Part shown: positions 60,635-64,000 of the stretch, piece by piece
Position numbering within the stretch: position 1 is the stretch's first letter
Layout: every line of letters begins with the position of its first letter
Assembly (NCBI RefSeq): GCF_963921235.1
Contig: NC_086097.1
Location: 154,320,001-154,384,000 of the forward strand
Length of the DNA: 64,000 nucleotides
Direction: 5' to 3'
Source of the DNA: Mobula hypostoma
Taxonomy: Eukaryota
The notes under the pieces: model-generated
The model's database searches: none
Seen by the model: the letters and a program-made list of their open reading frames with translations, nothing else
Told to the model about the DNA's origin: nothing
Made by a program: the position numbers and the translations under genes

Positions 60635-63237
60635 AAGAATTAAGGAATTGGAAAGGTGTAGTAATACTTATAGGGGTGTATTATAGACCACCTAATGGGC
60701 AGCGAGAATTGGAGGAGTAAATTTGTAAGGAGATAGCAGATACTTGTAGTAAGCACAAGGTTGTGATTATGAGAGATTTTAATTTTCCACACATAGACTG
60801 GCAAGCCCATTCTGTAAAAGGGCTGGATGGTTTGGAGTTTGTAAAATGTGCGCAAGATAGCTTTTGCAGCAATACATAGAGGTACCAACTAGAGAAGGGG
60901 CAGTGTTGGATCTCCTGTTAGGGAATAAGATAGGGCAGGTGACGGAGGTATGTGTTGGGGAGCACTTCGGGTCCAGTGATCACAATGCCATTAGTTTCAA
61001 TGTAATTATGGAGAAGGATAGGACTGGACCCAGGATTGAGATTTTTGATTAGAGAAAGGCTAACTTTGAGGAGATGCGAAAGAATTTAGAAGGAGTGGAT
61101 TGGGAAAATTTGTTTTATGGGAAGGATGTAATAGAGAAATTGAGGTCATTTAAAGGTGAAATTTTGAGGGTACAGGATCTTTATGTTCCTGTTAGGTTGA
61201 AAGGAAGGGTTAAAAGTTTGAGAGAGCCACGGTTTTCAAGGAATATTGGAAACATGGTTCGGAAAAAGAGAGGGATCTACAATAAATATAGGCAGCTTGG
61301 AGTAAATGAGGTGCTTGAGGAATATAAAGAATGTAAAAAGAATCTTAAGAAAGAAATTAGAAAAGCTAAAAGAAGATATGAGGCTGCTTTGGCAAGTAAG
61401 GTGAAAATAAATCCAAAGGGTTTCGACAGTTATATTAATAGCAAAAGAATAGTGAGGGATAAAATTGGTCCCTTAGAGAACCAGAGTGGATGGCTATGTA
61501 CGGAGCCAAAATAGATGGGGGAGATTTTGAACAATTTCTTTTCTTCGGTATTCACTAAGGAGAAGGATATTGAATTGTGTAAGGTAAGGGAAACAAGAAC
61601 GGTAGTCATGCAAAGTATGATGATTAAAGAAGAGGGAGTACTGGCACTTTTAAGGAATATAAAAGTGGATAAGTCTCCGGGTCTTGACAGAATATTCCCT
61701 AGGATCTTGAGGGAAGTTAGTGTAGAAATAGCAGGGACTCTGACAGAAATATTTCAAATGTCATTAGAAACGGGGATGGTGCTGGAGGATTGGCATATTG
61801 CTCATGTTGTTCCATTGTTTAAAAGGGTTCTAAGAGTAAACCTAGCAATTATCGGCCTGTGAGTTTGACGTCAGTGGTGGGTAAATTGATGGAAAGTATT
61901 CTTAGAAATGGTATATATAATTATCTGTATAGACAGGTCTGATTAGGAACAGTCAACATGGATTTGTGCATGGAAAGTCATGTTTGGCAAATCTTATTGA
62001 ATTTTTTGAAGATCTTACTCGGAAAGTTGACGAGGGTAAAGCGGTGGATGTTGTCTATATGGACTTCAGTAAGGCCTTTGACAAGGTTCCACACGGAAGT
62101 TTAGTTAGGAAGGTTCAATCGTTAGGAATTAATATCGAAGTAGTAAAACGGATTCAGCAGTGGCTGGATGGGAGACGCCAGAGAGTATGGTGGATAACTG
62201 TTTGTCAGATTGGAGGCCGGTGTCTAGTGGTGTGCCTCAGGGATCTGTACTGGGTCCAATGTTGTTTGCCATATATATTAATGATCTAGGTGATGGGGTG
62301 GTAAATTGGATTAGTAAGTATGCATATGATACTTAGATAGGTGGAGTTGTGCATAATGAAGTAGGTTTTCAAAGCTTGCAGAGAGATTTAGGCCAGTTAG
62401 AAGAGTGGGCTGAAAGATGGCAGATGGAGTTTAATGCTGATAAATTTGAGGTGCTACATTTTGGTAGGACTAATCAAAATAGAACATACAGGTTAAATGG
62501 TAGGGCACTGAAGAATGCAATAGAACAGAGGGATCTAGGAATAATGGTGCATAGTTCCCTGAAGGTAGAATTTCATGTGGATAGGGTGGGGAAGAAAGCT
62601 TTTGGTATGCTGGCCTTGATAAATCAGAGCGTTGAGTATAGGAGTTACGATATAATGTTGAAATTGTACAAGGCATTGGTAAGGCCAAATTTGGAGTACT
62701 GTGTAGAGTTCTGGTCATCGAATTATAGGAAAGATGTCAACAAAATTGAGAGAGTACAGAGGTGATTTACAAGAATGTTGCCTGGGTTTCATTTCCTAAG
62801 TTACAGAGAAAGGTTGAACAAGTTGGGTCTTTATTCTTTGGAGCGTAGAAGGTTGAGGGGGGACTTGATAGAGGTATTTAAAATTATGAGGGGAATCGAT
62901 AGAGTTGATGTGGATAGGCTTTTTCCATTGAGAGTGGGGGAGATTCAAACAAGTGGACATGAGTTGAGAGTTAAAGGGCAAAAGTTTAGGGGTAACATGA
63001 GGGGGAACTTCTTTACTCAGAGAGTGGTGGCTGTGTCGAATGAGCTTCCAGCAGAAGTGGCTGAGGCAGGTTCGATGTTGTCATTTAAAGTTAAATTGGA
63101 TAGCTATATGGACAGGAAAGGAATGGAGGGTTATGGGCTGAGTGCAGGTCGGTGGGACTAGGTGAGAGTAAGAGATCAGCACGGACTAGAAGGGCCAAGA
63201 TGGCCTGTTTCCGTGCTGTAATTGTTTTATGGTTATA
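60635..63237 (+). mobile_element. 5'-truncated CR1 ORF2 (EN C-terminus, RT, 3' end)
   Basis: Collinear ORFs 60864-63161 (PTREGAVLDL, SDHNAI, YMDFSKAFDKV, RPNLEYC, FFTQRVV). Confidence 0.95.
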
Positions 63238-64000
63238 TATAGTTATTCTAAAAGGATTCTGATAATTTAGCACACACAGATGCTTTCAGTGAAAAATCTA
63301 TTTCTTGGAAGTTCTCTCTGAAATGCATTTGGTTAACTTTTCCCTTTACTTTCAATTGCAGTTAGTGTTGAAAATTGATCAGCAAGATGAGGACATTTTG
63401 TGCAAAGACAAGATACTCTGTTTGACCAGGGTTTCATACATCTGTGCCACTTCTGATTTCTGTTGAAAAAAGATGGCAATGAAATACTGAAGACAATCAT
63501 TGTGGTTCCCGTTTTCTAAAGAAAAGAATGCTCTTATCTGTTTACTACATTCTCCCATTCTTTCTCATTTCTTTTCACTTTGTATTCCTCCTCCATCTAC
63601 TAACTCAATTCAGCCCCAAAGTCACAATATCAGAAAAGTGATTCACCAGTAAATATACAAAGATTTTATGTGCAAAGCTGAGAGCAAAATTATTCTCCAA
63701 AAACACTTAGATTTTCACCACTTTCTATGTAGCTGGTTACCTAAATATCACATCAAACTAAAGGTAGCAGATATAATTTCAGAAATGTTTTAGGTAGTCT
63801 ATAGCAGTCAGCCTCGGTGATCATAAATAGGTTCAACAGCCATCTATTTCTTTGAATGATGATTAAAGCTTGCAGGTGCTATTCTTTAGCAATGAAAGAG
63901 ATGCCATACTATTATGTCATTAACAGCCTCTCAAACATTTTGGCACTGGTGTGCAAGGTCACAAGAAAGTCATGTACACAGCAATGAAATTACTTTAGAG

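Overview
Repeat-dense vertebrate genomic DNA. The repeat repertoire (CR1 with esterase ORF1, HE1/V-type SINEs, Penelope remnants) suggests a cartilaginous fish; this is inference. The only host exon I can support is the first coding exon of FAM135B on the minus strand (21695-21790), so the rest is probably intronic. Most listed ORFs are broken CR1, Rex1, RTE, Penelope, hAT or Tc1 fragments or noise. Two loci stand out. (1) A non-autonomous LTR element (13232-16725, GTAGA target-site duplication, tRNA-Ser-type PBS, PPT) sits inside a hAT transposon. Its interior is mostly captured intronless host sequence: SUDS3, sense and in frame with the element's protease remnant, joined directly to an antisense RNF213 fragment. 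(2) A young, compact, full-length Gypsy element (31414-35898, CTTCC duplication) has no tRNA primer-binding site. That position instead holds a 15-nt complement of its own LTR poly(A)-signal region, suggesting self-priming. All family and gene calls come from motif recognition by eye, not database searches; boundaries of degraded repeats are approximate.
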